From Candidatus Bathyarchaeota archaeon (GTDB lineage: Archaea > Thermoproteota > Bathyarchaeia > Bathyarchaeales > Bathycorpusculaceae): a stretch of DNA of 64,000 bases. Location of the stretch: positions 16,033-80,032 of the forward strand of contig CAVYRJ010000017.1 of assembly GCA_963770935.1 (NCBI GenBank). Reading direction: 5' to 3'. The notes below the pieces were generated by a model. That model was given only the letters and a program-made list of their open reading frames with translations. It had not been told where the DNA came from and ran no database searches. Below are positions 21,287 through 31,261 of this stretch, one piece after another; positions within the stretch are counted from its first letter, which is position 1; each line of letters begins with the position of its first letter. The translations under genes and the position numbers were made by a program.

Positions 21287-22427
21287 CGCCGCGGTGTTTC
21301 TTGAAGTAAACCAACAAACCAGCAATCGCCAAGGCTACTACCACAGAGACAGCGGCAACAGGCACTGTTGGGAAAGGCTCGGTTGAAGAAGCTTCTGGTT
21401 CAAGCTTTGTCAATGAAGAATTGCTGTTGTCCATGTAGTAGGTGGAATCAGGTGAAGGGGAAGGTTCAGTTGATGGCGAAGCCGGACTTCCCATAAAGCC
21501 GCCATAACCTAATGCAAGGCATTGGACCACTTCTCCCGAATCAGCCCAAATTATAACTTCAATATAGGAAACACCACCTGGATAAATGTCATTTAAGGGC
21601 AAATCAACAATCCAGCAAGCATACAAAACCATAGCGTTGCCACGATTAAGGAATGACATACGTGAACGTATCTGTTCCTTGACTACGTTGAAACCGGTTA
21701 CTTCCTTATTACTAGACTTATAAGAAAAGGGTTCCGCACGTATCAAAGCAATACTTTCGGCTTCTTCCTGAGAAATATTCACCTCAGAGCTTCCCAATCG
21801 ATAAAAGCTTCTATCGTCAGCGAAGTGTGATAGCTCTGCATCCTGAAAATCCAATATTAGTCGGCTATAGCCCGTTCCTTGTAGAGTATTGCTCCAAGTA
21901 AGATGAGTTCTGTCATTTTCGACGTATACCTCAAGTTTCAAATCATCAACCGTTCTTGTATTATTGGAAGAAATTTCCACCGTATCGAGCAGATTCCGCA
22001 TTTGGGTAAGTTGTGTGTCTCTAGTGTATATTTGGTATCTTTGCAGAAAACCTGAAGCTGTATCCTTTAGGTTAGCGGAAGGTTGCACGCTATAAAGTGT
22101 CAGTCCTTGCGAAACCTCATAGAAAGAGCACGACATCACTCCTTTTTCCCATACAGTAAATGAAACTGTTAGGATGCTTGCTATGTTTAAGCCGGATGCG
22201 TCAAGCCTATATTGTCCTGTTGTTTTTTGGGCATCCAAAGAACCCGCTGAGATCAGTTTCGCCTCATATTTTGACATGTCAAACTGAACCACATCCTTCA
22301 AGAATGCAAGCACCTCTCCAGTATCAACAGTCGTTCCAACAGCTGCATATGCAACATTAAATTGTGCAGGGCAGACTACTGCAAGTATTGTTACAAGTAC
22401 AAGGGAACATGTTTTTTTACTTAACAT
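21270..22427 (-). CDS. Secreted membrane-anchored protein of unknown function
   Basis: Signal peptide, Ser/Pro linker, EPFPT-TM-YFKKHR tail. Confidence 0.8.
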   Translation of the reverse strand: MLSKKTCSLVLVTILAVVCPAQFNVAYAAVGTTVDTGEVLAFLKDVVQFDMSKYEAKLISAGSLDAQKTTGQYRLDASGLNIASILTVSFTVWEKGVMSCSFYEVSQGLTLYSVQPSANLKDTASGFLQRYQIYTRDTQLTQMRNLLDTVEISSNNTRTVDDLKLEVYVENDRTHLTWSNTLQGTGYSRLILDFQDAELSHFADDRSFYRLGSSEVNISQEEAESIALIRAEPFSYKSSNKEVTGFNVVKEQIRSRMSFLNRGNAMVLYACWIVDLPLNDIYPGGVSYIEVIIWADSGEVVQCLALGYGGFMGSPASPSTEPSPSPDSTYYMDNSNSSLTKLEPEASSTEPFPTVPVAAVSVVVALAIAGLLVYFKKHRGVKEQM

Positions 22428-22494
22428 TTTATTGATTCATTTTCCTCTTCAAAGTAATGCTGCTCAAGTTTTCTCCGGTAAGCACTGAGAATTT

Positions 22495-22538
22495 AGTGCT
22501 TTAAGAGGTTTTTCGTCAAACTTTCTTGACTAACTTTT
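22495..22538 (-). promoter_or_regulatory. Conserved upstream motif, copy 1
   Basis: AAAAGTTAGTCAAGAAAGTTTGACGAAAAACCTCTTAAAGCACT, containing GTCAA-N6-TTGAC. Confidence 0.65.
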
Positions 22539-22844
22539 AGTTGGTACTCGCATGTTTGGGTTAACAAACTTTTGTGCTTTTGCTTAAGCGGCGTGTGTTT
22601 GAAGGTGGATATCGGTTTAAGTTTTTATCGCATGTGACACCTGATATTTTGTTTATGTTTGAGGCGCAGCTGGCGGGCTTTGTTGCTAAGGTGCATGGTA
22701 GTGTGTTGTGTGGGCATCTGCCTGAGTTTCCGTTACCATGAGTGGGTTGGCTGGCAAAATCTGTCTGCGGCGCCGTTCTTGCTGCGGAACAGAGTGTTCT
22801 CTTAGAAGAGTAAAATATGGGATTTAGCTTAGAAAGTAATAGGT

Positions 22845-23723
22845 GTGCTAGCAATGAAGGCTCTGAGCGTTTCGTGGAGAGTTTTAGCCTTAGGATTTAT
22901 CTTATTATCGATGGCACTGGCGCTGGGAACTGTTTTGACTGGGCATTGCGAGTTGCAAAGCATTGAAGACAAGGCTTTAACTTACATAAAAAATGTGCTC
23001 CCAATAGACTTTGCACATTACAATGTCACATTTGGAAGTTATGAGCTTCCCGGATCCCCTAACGCAACCTATCGGACCGATGCGGTGACTTTCATGTTGA
23101 ATTCCAGTGAAAGCATACTCGTTGTAAACTGCCAGTTTATTGAAGAAGTCCAGTACACTTGCGACATGAGAGTTCAACAGGGGTCGCCAATTTATAGCCG
23201 CGACTGCTCGGATTTGGTTGGTGTTGCAAAAAACATTTTTGAAAAACATGAAACCCAGACTGGCATGGATTCATCTGAAATCTTACGCACTCTTGACCTG
23301 GTTAGCTCAGCTGAAGGATCTGAAACAGTGACGTTAGGCAATGTCACGTTAACTATTTCACAAGGGCTCATTCCGACTGGCTTGAAGTCAGTTGACGGTT
23401 CGCTTCACGTTGACCCCTCGAGCACTCATAATGTTACCTCTTTTCGTTGGTCTTGGCGTGTGAATGGAGAAGAGCAGGTGATGGTGCTTTTGGACTTTGA
23501 GAATGGTAACTTGCATTCTATTCGCGACGACCGAATATTGTACGCAATAGAAAATAGAGAGGATAAAACAGGTCAGGTTGAACCGGAATTCGCTCCTTTC
23601 CTAGTCGCTATTGTTGCCGTTGTTTTAACTCTATCATTTGCCCTAGGCGTGGGTATCGTATTCTATTATAAGAGACGCAGCAGGTCAAGAGAAGCATCTG
23701 CCAACCAATTCCATGGAACTTAG
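22845..23723 (+). CDS. Secreted membrane-anchored protein, paralog of 21270-22427
   Basis: Shared blocks (AL.(F/Y)(L/I)K.V...D...Y; L.LDF....L....DDR); PEF-TM-YYKRR tail. Confidence 0.8.
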   Translation: MLAMKALSVSWRVLALGFILLSMALALGTVLTGHCELQSIEDKALTYIKNVLPIDFAHYNVTFGSYELPGSPNATYRTDAVTFMLNSSESILVVNCQFIEEVQYTCDMRVQQGSPIYSRDCSDLVGVAKNIFEKHETQTGMDSSEILRTLDLVSSAEGSETVTLGNVTLTISQGLIPTGLKSVDGSLHVDPSSTHNVTSFRWSWRVNGEEQVMVLLDFENGNLHSIRDDRILYAIENREDKTGQVEPEFAPFLVAIVAVVLTLSFALGVGIVFYYKRRSRSREASANQFHGT

Positions 23724-23772
23724 CCAATGGGTTTCATATTTGGCTGATGGTTTTGTAGCTAATTTTCTTGTG

Positions 23773-24441
23773 CTAGATTTTGGATGTTAGGCTTCTTTTT
23801 TTGCGGTAGATAAGTAAAGCGCCTGCTACTCCAACTGCGGCTAATGCTGCTGAAACAGTAGCAACATTTGCAGTTGAAAAAGACTCCGTTTCTAAAGGCA
23901 AAGCATAGGCAGATGGAGAAGGTTCCCCAGCCACAGTAAAGTAAACTATGTCAGAGACAACTTGAGGATATTCATAAACTGGTCCGCTGCTACTTGTGAT
24001 ATCCGAGATAAAATGGGAATTGTTGTAAGCCGGTCCTCGATAATAGGTGAAGGAGAGAACTGTCACATTTAACACATGCCGTCTTATAGTTGATTGGTTT
24101 AAGTCTAATCTGAAGAAATACTCTCTAGAGGATTTGTATCCATAATTAATACTATTTCCGTCTAAATACGCATTTACAGAAGCTACTCGCCCCAATGAAA
24201 TAGGGATCATATGCACAATTTTCCATGAGTCAGGGGTAGATACGGCAAAATTAAGATAAACATCACTGCCTTCGTATTCAGTATTGTTTTTTGGGCTCAG
24301 AATTGTCAGGGTAGGTTTATCCTGGTTAGGCGTAGATGGCCAAGGAACAGGATTAGCCATAGCCAACCCAGCCACTTGCATGCCTACAGTTAATGTTAGA
24401 ATTAATGTTATGGTTGTTTTTGCCAATGTTTTGTTTGGCAT
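23773..24441 (-). CDS. Secreted Ig-like membrane-anchored protein
   Basis: Signal peptide, LTILSPKN.TEY...YLDG, ESFST-TM-YRKKR tail. Confidence 0.75.
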   Translation of the reverse strand: MPNKTLAKTTITLILTLTVGMQVAGLAMANPVPWPSTPNQDKPTLTILSPKNNTEYEGSDVYLNFAVSTPDSWKIVHMIPISLGRVASVNAYLDGNSINYGYKSSREYFFRLDLNQSTIRRHVLNVTVLSFTYYRGPAYNNSHFISDITSSSGPVYEYPQVVSDIVYFTVAGEPSPSAYALPLETESFSTANVATVSAALAAVGVAGALLIYRKKRSLTSKI

Positions 24442-24472
24442 CTAAACACCTATAAACTATTAGAAGAGATTG

Positions 24473-24508
24473 CTTAAGTGTTTTTTTGACAAACTTCCTT
24501 AGTCAAAG
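24473..24508 (-). promoter_or_regulatory. Conserved upstream motif, copy 2 (diverged)
   Basis: CTTTGACTAAGGAAGTTTGTCAAAAAAACACTTAAG. Confidence 0.55.
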
Positions 24509-24515
24509 TTTATTG

Positions 24516-25607
24516 TCAAACTGTTTTAGTTTTGCGATGGATTTTCTTGTAGTAAAAAAGCAAACCAGCCCCTGCGAAGACTGCTGACAGTGTAATAATA
24601 GCTGCGATAGTTGGCAAAGTAAACTCATCCTCAAGACCTACGGGTGTTGGCATTGGAGCAGAAAAATCAACCTTTCTCATCAGTGGGTAGTAATCAGTGT
24701 TGTTTTCATTTATCACGTAGGCTGTGTTTCCTATTCCTGAAGCGTCAACTTCCTTTGCATTAGGATATTTTGATAGGTAATCGCTCCAAAAGTTTCTGTC
24801 GTAAGTGTTTTTGGAACCGGCATATCCAAATGTTAATGCGTACCATTCATCAGCGGAAAATTGCTCGGCATTATCAACAAAGTTGTTATAGGAAAAAATA
24901 TTGTTGTTAGCTTTATTGATGCCCGCTCCAATTCCACAGTTAGTTATGTTGTTTCCAAAAAGCGTGTTATTATCAGATTCTGATATCCTGATACCTATGT
25001 GTGTATTGGCGTCCACGTTGTTTTCGGAAATAGTATTGTTATGGCTACTTTGTGAAACATCAATGCCAGAACCGCTTGAGGTGAATTCGTTTTTTTGAAT
25101 GAAATTTGAAGTCGCAATAGCAAGCGTAATTCCAGAATATTTGATTGACTCAACCAAGTTCGCAGATACGTTATTGTGTGATCCGGATGAAAGTCTTATG
25201 CCATGGTCGGTGTTTATTATTCTGTTTCCAGATATTTTGCAGAAATTGCCATGCAATTGAACTCCAGCATAGCCCTCACGCAAGGTGAAACCTGTTGCAG
25301 TTACGTTATTTTGGCGTATGGTTAAGGGAACTTTGACGCCTCCTTTCAAAGTGCCAACAATTATGGTTGTATCCCTATCTTCTCCTACTAGCGATATTGA
25401 CTTTTCTATTTTTAGGGTTTCATGATAGGTGCCTTTTTTAACAAATACTGTGTCACCTTGAACAGCATTCGTAACAGCATCTTCTATAGTGGCGTAATCG
25501 TCTGGAACAACAATCGTTTTGGAAGTAGCCTTCGCTGGCAAGAAAGAAATCGTGTATGATACGGCTATGATTAAGAAAATAAATAGCAACGCGGCGTTTT
25601 TATTCAT
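24516..25607 (-). CDS. NosD/CASH parallel beta-helix surface protein
   Basis: VPDDYATIEDAV, GTYHE, repeated GI.L..S.NN.I..N, NFWSDY, DEF-TM-YYKK tail. Confidence 0.88.
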   Translation of the reverse strand: MNKNAALLFIFLIIAVSYTISFLPAKATSKTIVVPDDYATIEDAVTNAVQGDTVFVKKGTYHETLKIEKSISLVGEDRDTTIIVGTLKGGVKVPLTIRQNNVTATGFTLREGYAGVQLHGNFCKISGNRIINTDHGIRLSSGSHNNVSANLVESIKYSGITLAIATSNFIQKNEFTSSGSGIDVSQSSHNNTISENNVDANTHIGIRISESDNNTLFGNNITNCGIGAGINKANNNIFSYNNFVDNAEQFSADEWYALTFGYAGSKNTYDRNFWSDYLSKYPNAKEVDASGIGNTAYVINENNTDYYPLMRKVDFSAPMPTPVGLEDEFTLPTIAAIITLSAVFAGAGLLFYYKKIHRKTKTV

Positions 25608-25665
25608 ACTTATTGCTCCTTTTTTTGGCGCAAGAATGCCAGTATGGTTACTATATTGTGTTTGT

Positions 25666-25700
25666 TTAAGAGGTTTTTCGTCAAGCTTTCTTGGCTAACC
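25666..25700 (-). promoter_or_regulatory. Conserved upstream motif, copy 3
   Basis: GGTTAGCCAAGAAAGCTTGACGAAAAACCTCTTAA, nearly identical to copy 1. Confidence 0.65.
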
Positions 25701-25762
25701 AGCTTCGTAAAGTAAAACTAAATTAGCCGCTCCGTGTTTTTCCTAGTTGAGAGTGTTTACTT

Positions 25763-26330
25763 TTGATTAATAATCCAGCCATAATTTTGGTTGATGTGCA
25801 GAACGATTTTTTCATTGGACCCCTAAAAATCAAAAGAGCCATTAACATAACCGAGCCGCTGCAGAGGCTTGTTGTGGCAGCACGCAAAAACGCTGTGCCC
25901 GTAATCTACAGCATCGATGCCCACTACCCCCAAGATGTTGAGGTTGTTCGGAAATGGGGCAACCACGCCATAAAAGGCACCGAGGGCGCACAGGTTATTT
26001 CTGAGCTGAAACCAGACGAAGGCAAGGACTACATTGTTGAAAAACGGACGTACAGTGGCTTCTACGAAACAGGCTTAGACCCGCTCTTGCGGAGCCTATA
26101 CAAGGGCGACGGAGTAAAAACGGTGTGTTCTCGGAGGCTTACACACCAACATGTGCATACGCCACACATCCGCAGACGCGTTTTTCAGAGGCTACCAAAT
26201 CGTCATCGCCAAAGACGGCGTCGATGCGTTTACGGCTGAGGAGCATGAGCAGGGATTAAAATATTTAGAGTACGTGTACAACGCAAATAATGATGCAGAT
26301 GAAGATATTATCAGGGAAATCGTCGAGTAA
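25763..26330 (+). CDS. Isochorismatase/cysteine hydrolase (apparent frameshift near 26125)
   Basis: LVDVQNDF, EKRTYSGF, then GLHTNMCIRHT in another frame. Confidence 0.85.
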
Positions 26331-26496
26331 TGAGCCAGGTGCGCTCTGTTCTAAGAGTAAACTTGAGTTGATTCGCTGACTTGGCTTGCAACAATAATAA
26401 TTAATGCTAAGAGCAGCCAGAGTTTTTTCATAAATTCTATAAACGAAGCTGAGCATATAAGTCAAACTCACTGCAAAAGAGTATGGTTATTACTCG

Positions 26497-26712
26497 TTAG
26501 GCTCGCTTTTGGTTGGTTGAAGTAATGGCTGAGCCTATGAGCACTCCTATACCTAAAGCTACAGAAGCAAGGGCGAATGTTTCATGGTGCAGGTCACTTA
26601 ACTCGAACCAAACCCCATAAGCTAACTCTTGCTGATACAAAATCAGAAACGTCAAAACAAAAAACGCAACTGCAACAAGCACCGCAACCCAGCGATTACT
26701 CACAAAAATCAC
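26497..26712 (-). CDS. Small 2-TM membrane protein
   Basis: Two hydrophobic segments flanking LHHE. Confidence 0.6.
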   Translation of the reverse strand: MIFVSNRWVAVLVAVAFFVLTFLILYQQELAYGVWFELSDLHHETFALASVALGIGVLIGSAITSTNQKRA

Positions 26713-26804
26713 CTAATAATCAAAAGTAATTGAAGGCTTTTAAACATAATTGAAATGACAAAATTTTTACGTTTAAGTGCTTATTTATGAATGAGGGATA
26801 AAGT

Positions 26805-27459
26805 TTGGAAACTGATTTGTTGCAAAAACTCATCAACAGAAAAATCACAAAAGCACAACTTTTCCAGATGGTTGAAGAGGATTTCAGTTTGGTTCCCTTG
26901 TTGCTTGAGGGTACTTCATCGGCGAAGGCAACGGTTCGATATGGCTGCGGAAGCGTATTGATGAATTTGAGTGAGAAGCACCCTTACAAGCTCTACCCGT
27001 ACATGGACAAGTTCGTCGGGCTCCTCGACAGCGAATACCGCATTCTAACGTGGAATGCACTGGCAATAATTGCCAATCTCACGGCAGTTGACACGGACCA
27101 TAAGTTTGACGCAATATTCGACAAATATTACGGTTTTCTATTTAACGAATACATGGTTACAGTAGCTAACACAGTCGGCAATTCAGCGAAAATCGCCTCA
27201 AACAAACCATATCTCGCCGACAAAATCGCCGCGGACCTGCTCAAAGTCCAAAACCTTCAAACCACACCGCACTTGACCGAGGAATGTAAACTCGTCATAG
27301 CCGAGCAAGCCATCAAAACCTTCAACACCCTAATCAACTACACCCAAAACAAACAGGTCACTCATAGATTTCGCTAAAAAACACCAAGAGAGCCCAAGAA
27401 TCAGCTTGAAAAAAGAAGCAAACAATTTTCTGACAAACTGGAAAAAAGCAGCCTGTTAG
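26805..27459 (+). CDS. HEAT/ARM-repeat-like hypothetical protein (3' frameshift)
   Basis: Helical repeats such as LLDSEYRILTWNALAIIANL. Confidence 0.65.
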
Positions 27460-27501
27460 CCACTTTTGTCTAAACCCACTTTTGTCAATACTGAGATTAA
27501 G

Positions 27502-27642
27502 CTAACTTGATCCGCATACTAAACAAACCAATTTGGCGTTGACTCCAATTCCCACTTTCCGATGCTCAGTCATCTTGCCGCACTTGCTGCAATCCCAACC
27601 GTTTGTGAAAAAATGTTCTTTAGAAATAAATGGCAATGGCAT
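27502..27642 (-). CDS. 46-aa zinc-ribbon protein
   Basis: WDCSKCGKMTEH...LVCLVCG. Confidence 0.55.
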   Translation of the reverse strand: MPLPFISKEHFFTNGWDCSKCGKMTEHRKVGIGVNAKLVCLVCGSS

Positions 27643-27759
27643 GTTCTATCATTTCCCTTGATGACGTTAGATCGACCTCGGTATAAGCTTTCGCTTTATC
27701 ATGTTGTTCACAAGTAAGTACGAGCCACAGGAATTTGCTTTGCCAACCGAGTGGAATGT

Positions 27760-27837
27760 TGGTGGGCCCGGGGCGATTTGAACACCCGGTCAACAGATTA
27801 TGAGTCTGGCGCTCTAGCCGGACTGAGCTACGGGCCC
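27760..27837 (-). tRNA. tRNA with CAT anticodon, probably tRNA-Ile2 (agmatidine type)
   Basis: GGGCCCG acceptor, GCTC/GAGC D-stem, CT-CAT-AA loop, TTCAAAT T-loop, encoded CCA. The acceptor is unlike the archaeal initiator tRNA (AGC...). Confidence 0.88.
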
Positions 27838-27919
27838 AAATGCTGCACTCTTAATACTGCTGTTTCAAAACAGATTTAAACATTTTCCGTTTGTTGAGAA
27901 GCAACTTAACGGTCAATGG

Positions 27920-28174
27920 TTAGGGGTTCCCGAACCATTTCTCATACCAAGAGTTGAACATTGACAGGCAGTCTTTTTGCCATGCCTGTTCGCCCTCGTC
28001 TTTGCGGAGGCAGTTGACAAGCTCTAAGTTATGGGCAATTTCTGCTTTTGCCTCTTTCAACATGGAGTCAATATCATCAAGCATATCATTGCCACCTGCA
28101 GCGTAATCTTGGGTTGTTTGTCTTAGGAATGCTCGTTTGTGTTTGATTAATTCTTCAATTTTCCCCTCGCTCAT
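27920..28174 (-). CDS. Hypothetical protein
   Basis: ORF downstream of ogg, ending WYEKWFG. Confidence 0.6.
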   Translation of the reverse strand: MSEGKIEELIKHKRAFLRQTTQDYAAGGNDMLDDIDSMLKEAKAEIAHNLELVNCLRKDEGEQAWQKDCLSMFNSWYEKWFGNP

Positions 28175-28211
28175 ATATAGCACCAGTAGGGAAATGTTGG
28201 TTTTTGGCATT

Positions 28212-29072
28212 TTAACGTTGTGTTCGCTCGTAGTGGTAGAGGTATTCTTGAGCGTAGCCTGCGTAAGCGCCGAAGTAATTTCGGGCGAAATCGCCGATTT
28301 TTATGTATTCACCGTTGGTTAATGAGTTGTGGCTACGCATTTTCTGTACAAACGGTTCAGGCAACTTATCTGCGTAATGATTAAGTATCACCCGTTTAAC
28401 CCAAACATCCACGGGAAAAGCCTCCAGTTTTCTGAGCGAAAAAAGCAGCACGCAATCCGCCACCTTCAAGCCCACCCCAGAGAACTCCAAGAGTTTTTCT
28501 CTGGCTTCCAGATAAGGCAAATTCTTCAAGTCTTCAAGGTTTACTTTTTCGCCGTGGATTTTTTTGGCTGTTGCCTGTACGTATTTGGCTCTGTAGCCTA
28601 AACCGCATTCTTTCAAACCATTCTCGCTTGCATACGCCAGCTTTTCAACAGTTGGGAAAGTGTAGAAGTCCATGCCGTCGAAAACCTGTTTTTCCCCGTA
28701 TTTCACTGAGATTTTTTTAAGCATCAGTTCGATGGCGGCTATGCTCTTGTATGTGGCACAGATGAAGCTGATTAGGCATTCCCAAGGCACCTGCCGAACA
28801 ATCCTCAACCCCTCAAACCGCTGCAGAGCCTTCTGGACATATTCGTCTTTAGCGATGCATTGGCTGATTTCCGCTAAGTCATCGTTTAAACCAAAATAAG
28901 TCTTAACAAAGTCTTTGCTGACATTCTCAAACTTTAACTCAGAGCCACATTGACAAATCTTAACAACATTTTCCCCGACAACACCATACCACCATCCATC
29001 AATCTTCCGCCACCTAAACACCTGTCCACAGCAAAGCGAAAAATCCAAATCAAACGGAACAGCAAGACGCAT
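28212..29072 (-). CDS. ogg: 8-oxoguanine DNA glycosylase (OGG1-like, HhH-GPD)
   Basis: CGQVFRW N-domain, GLGYRAKY, GVGLKVADC, FPVDVWV, YAGYAQEYLY. Confidence 0.9.
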   Translation of the reverse strand: MRLAVPFDLDFSLCCGQVFRWRKIDGWWYGVVGENVVKICQCGSELKFENVSKDFVKTYFGLNDDLAEISQCIAKDEYVQKALQRFEGLRIVRQVPWECLISFICATYKSIAAIELMLKKISVKYGEKQVFDGMDFYTFPTVEKLAYASENGLKECGLGYRAKYVQATAKKIHGEKVNLEDLKNLPYLEAREKLLEFSGVGLKVADCVLLFSLRKLEAFPVDVWVKRVILNHYADKLPEPFVQKMRSHNSLTNGEYIKIGDFARNYFGAYAGYAQEYLYHYERTQR

Positions 29073-31199
29073 CAGTGTTGCTCCATGAACTTTTCAGGCT
29101 TAGGAACCTCTGACGCTAACCCTTTTCGCTGACGCAAATCAGCAATAACTTCAGAAGAGAGTTTTTGGGGCATTTTTTCCCAGTGGTCAAAGAATGTTTG
29201 CCAAAAGGCTCTGCCTGAGGTTGCTGAGCGGAGTTCTTTTGAGAAGCCAAAAGTTTCGGAGACGGGTATGTACCCACTGATGATGGTGAGCAGTCCTTTT
29301 TGCTCAAACAAGGTTACTTTTCCGCGTCGGGTGGAGAGGATTCTTGAGGATTCTCCTGAGAGTTCGGTGGCGACGGATATGATTATTTTGTATATTGGCT
29401 CAAGCAGGGCTGGGTCAGCGGTTAGGAAGCTACCGAAGACTGCTTTGCCTACGCCATGCATGACTTCTAAACCGCCTTCACCGCTTTGATTTAATTGTAA
29501 ATCCACCAAGTTCACCTGCAAATGTCGCACTGGTTCACCGCAGAGTGGACCAGCCCTGCACGCATACTCGAACCCCGCGATAATGGCTTCCAACTTCTCC
29601 TCGGAGATTTGCTCGGTTTTTCCGCTGCAGTCCAAAAGCACATTCCGATGCTCATCAACTGAAAGGATGCTGCCCGAATCCGCTTCGGCTGATGTGGTAG
29701 CTTCTTCGGCTTCAGGCATAACTTGCACCCAAAAACTATCCAGCTTGTTTGGGCTTTTCGCCAAAGCAACCACACCTTTTTTCAGGGCACTCTCCATGTA
29801 AACAACTCTTGGCGAAGAAACCGAAACATTGATGCCGTTGCTTTTTAGTTGGTGGATGGCTATTTCCAAGTGCAATTCGCCCATGCCGCTTAGCAGGTAC
29901 TCGCCAGTTTGCTTATCCGCGGTGACCTTTAAGTTTGGGTCTTCGCTTGCAAGCTTCTCGAGGGCATCGAGCAATAAGGGAATTTCCGCAGGATTTTTTG
30001 GTTCAACCGCCAAAGTCACCACAGGCTCTGAAACATAGCATATACCCTCGAAGGGCACCATGCAGTCTTTATGTGCCAAGTCAACCAGCGTTTCGCCAGC
30101 CCCAACGCGCCCCGTCAATGTAAAAGAAGCTAAACTGCCAGCTGAAACTTCACTGACTTCTTCTCGAAGCGAACCCATATCGATGGAGACTTCTTTAACC
30201 TCAGTCTCAGATAGGGCATCCACAAGATGCAACCTATCACCCTTCTTGGCTTTGCCAGAGAAAACTCGTCCAGTGGCCACAGTATCTCCGTTTGGGTCAG
30301 AATGCACGTTGGTTACAAACATGATAGTTGGCGCATCATCACGGCATTCAATAAGTGCCTTGCCAATCTTCGAGCTGATTTGTCCATCCCAAACCTTCTC
30401 AATTCGATATGCTTGAGCTTCCCGTGGATTTGGAACCACGTTTATTGCCATTTCGAAAACTGCCTCGTAAACTGGCAAGGTCGTTTGCAGTTTCGCCTGC
30501 TCACCACTAGCGTACGCTTTTGTTATGTCTGAAAACTTTATCCCGTGCTGCTTTGCCATGTTCATGGTGAAGCCCCAGCCAGTGTAATGCGGAGCCAAAA
30601 GCCACATTGCCCTGTGAGGCACTGATTTTCCATTGGTTCTTGAATGGGGGTTCTGCGTATAGTTCGATAAGGTCGTTGAATCGACTGATTATGTTGTCGA
30701 GTTTCTTTTGGATTTGTTCCTCATTTAGCTGCAGCTCAATGATTAGTTTGTCAACTTTGTTGATGAACAATACTGGGCGCACGCGTTCTTCAAGGGCTTG
30801 CCTAGTGACGATTTCGGTTTGAGCCATGATTTCCTCAACGGCATCCACTACCACGACTGCCCCGTCGATGACACGTAGTGCTCTGGTGACTTTGCCAGTG
30901 AAATCTACGTGCCCCGGTGTGTCAACAAGATTTATGATGTATGGGATACCTGCGGCTTTGTAGAGGAGGCTGATGTTGGCTGTTTTTATGGTGATTTTGC
31001 GCTTCTGCTCTTCCTCTAGGTAATCGAGCACTCTTGCCATGCCAGCCATCCGTGGCGACAATAAACCTGCCCCGGCCAGCAAGGAATCAGCGAGGGTAGT
31101 TTTGCCGTGATCGATGTGTGCAATGATACCTATGTTTCTGATAAGCTCTTTTCTGCCCATCAATTGCTGCATTTCAAGGATTTGCTTAAACCGCGGCAT
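29072..31199 (-). CDS. Elongation factor 2 paralog (aEF-2p-like), apparent +1 insertion near 30582
   Basis: AHIDHGKTT, DTPGHVDF, NKVD, GMGELHLE, LLEP, LRSATSGRA; no HRG diphthamide loop. Confidence 0.85.
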
Positions 31200-31261
31200 A
31201 CCTAAACCACGTAAGATAAGTTTAAGTTGGAACTAAAGGTTCCTATTAAATTTAAAAGTTA

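Noticed and set aside
27760-27837. Second integrated element at the CAT tRNA, or tRNA-Met identity
   Set aside because: I saw no duplicate of its 3' end in the window, and the acceptor stem fits Ile2 better than initiator Met.
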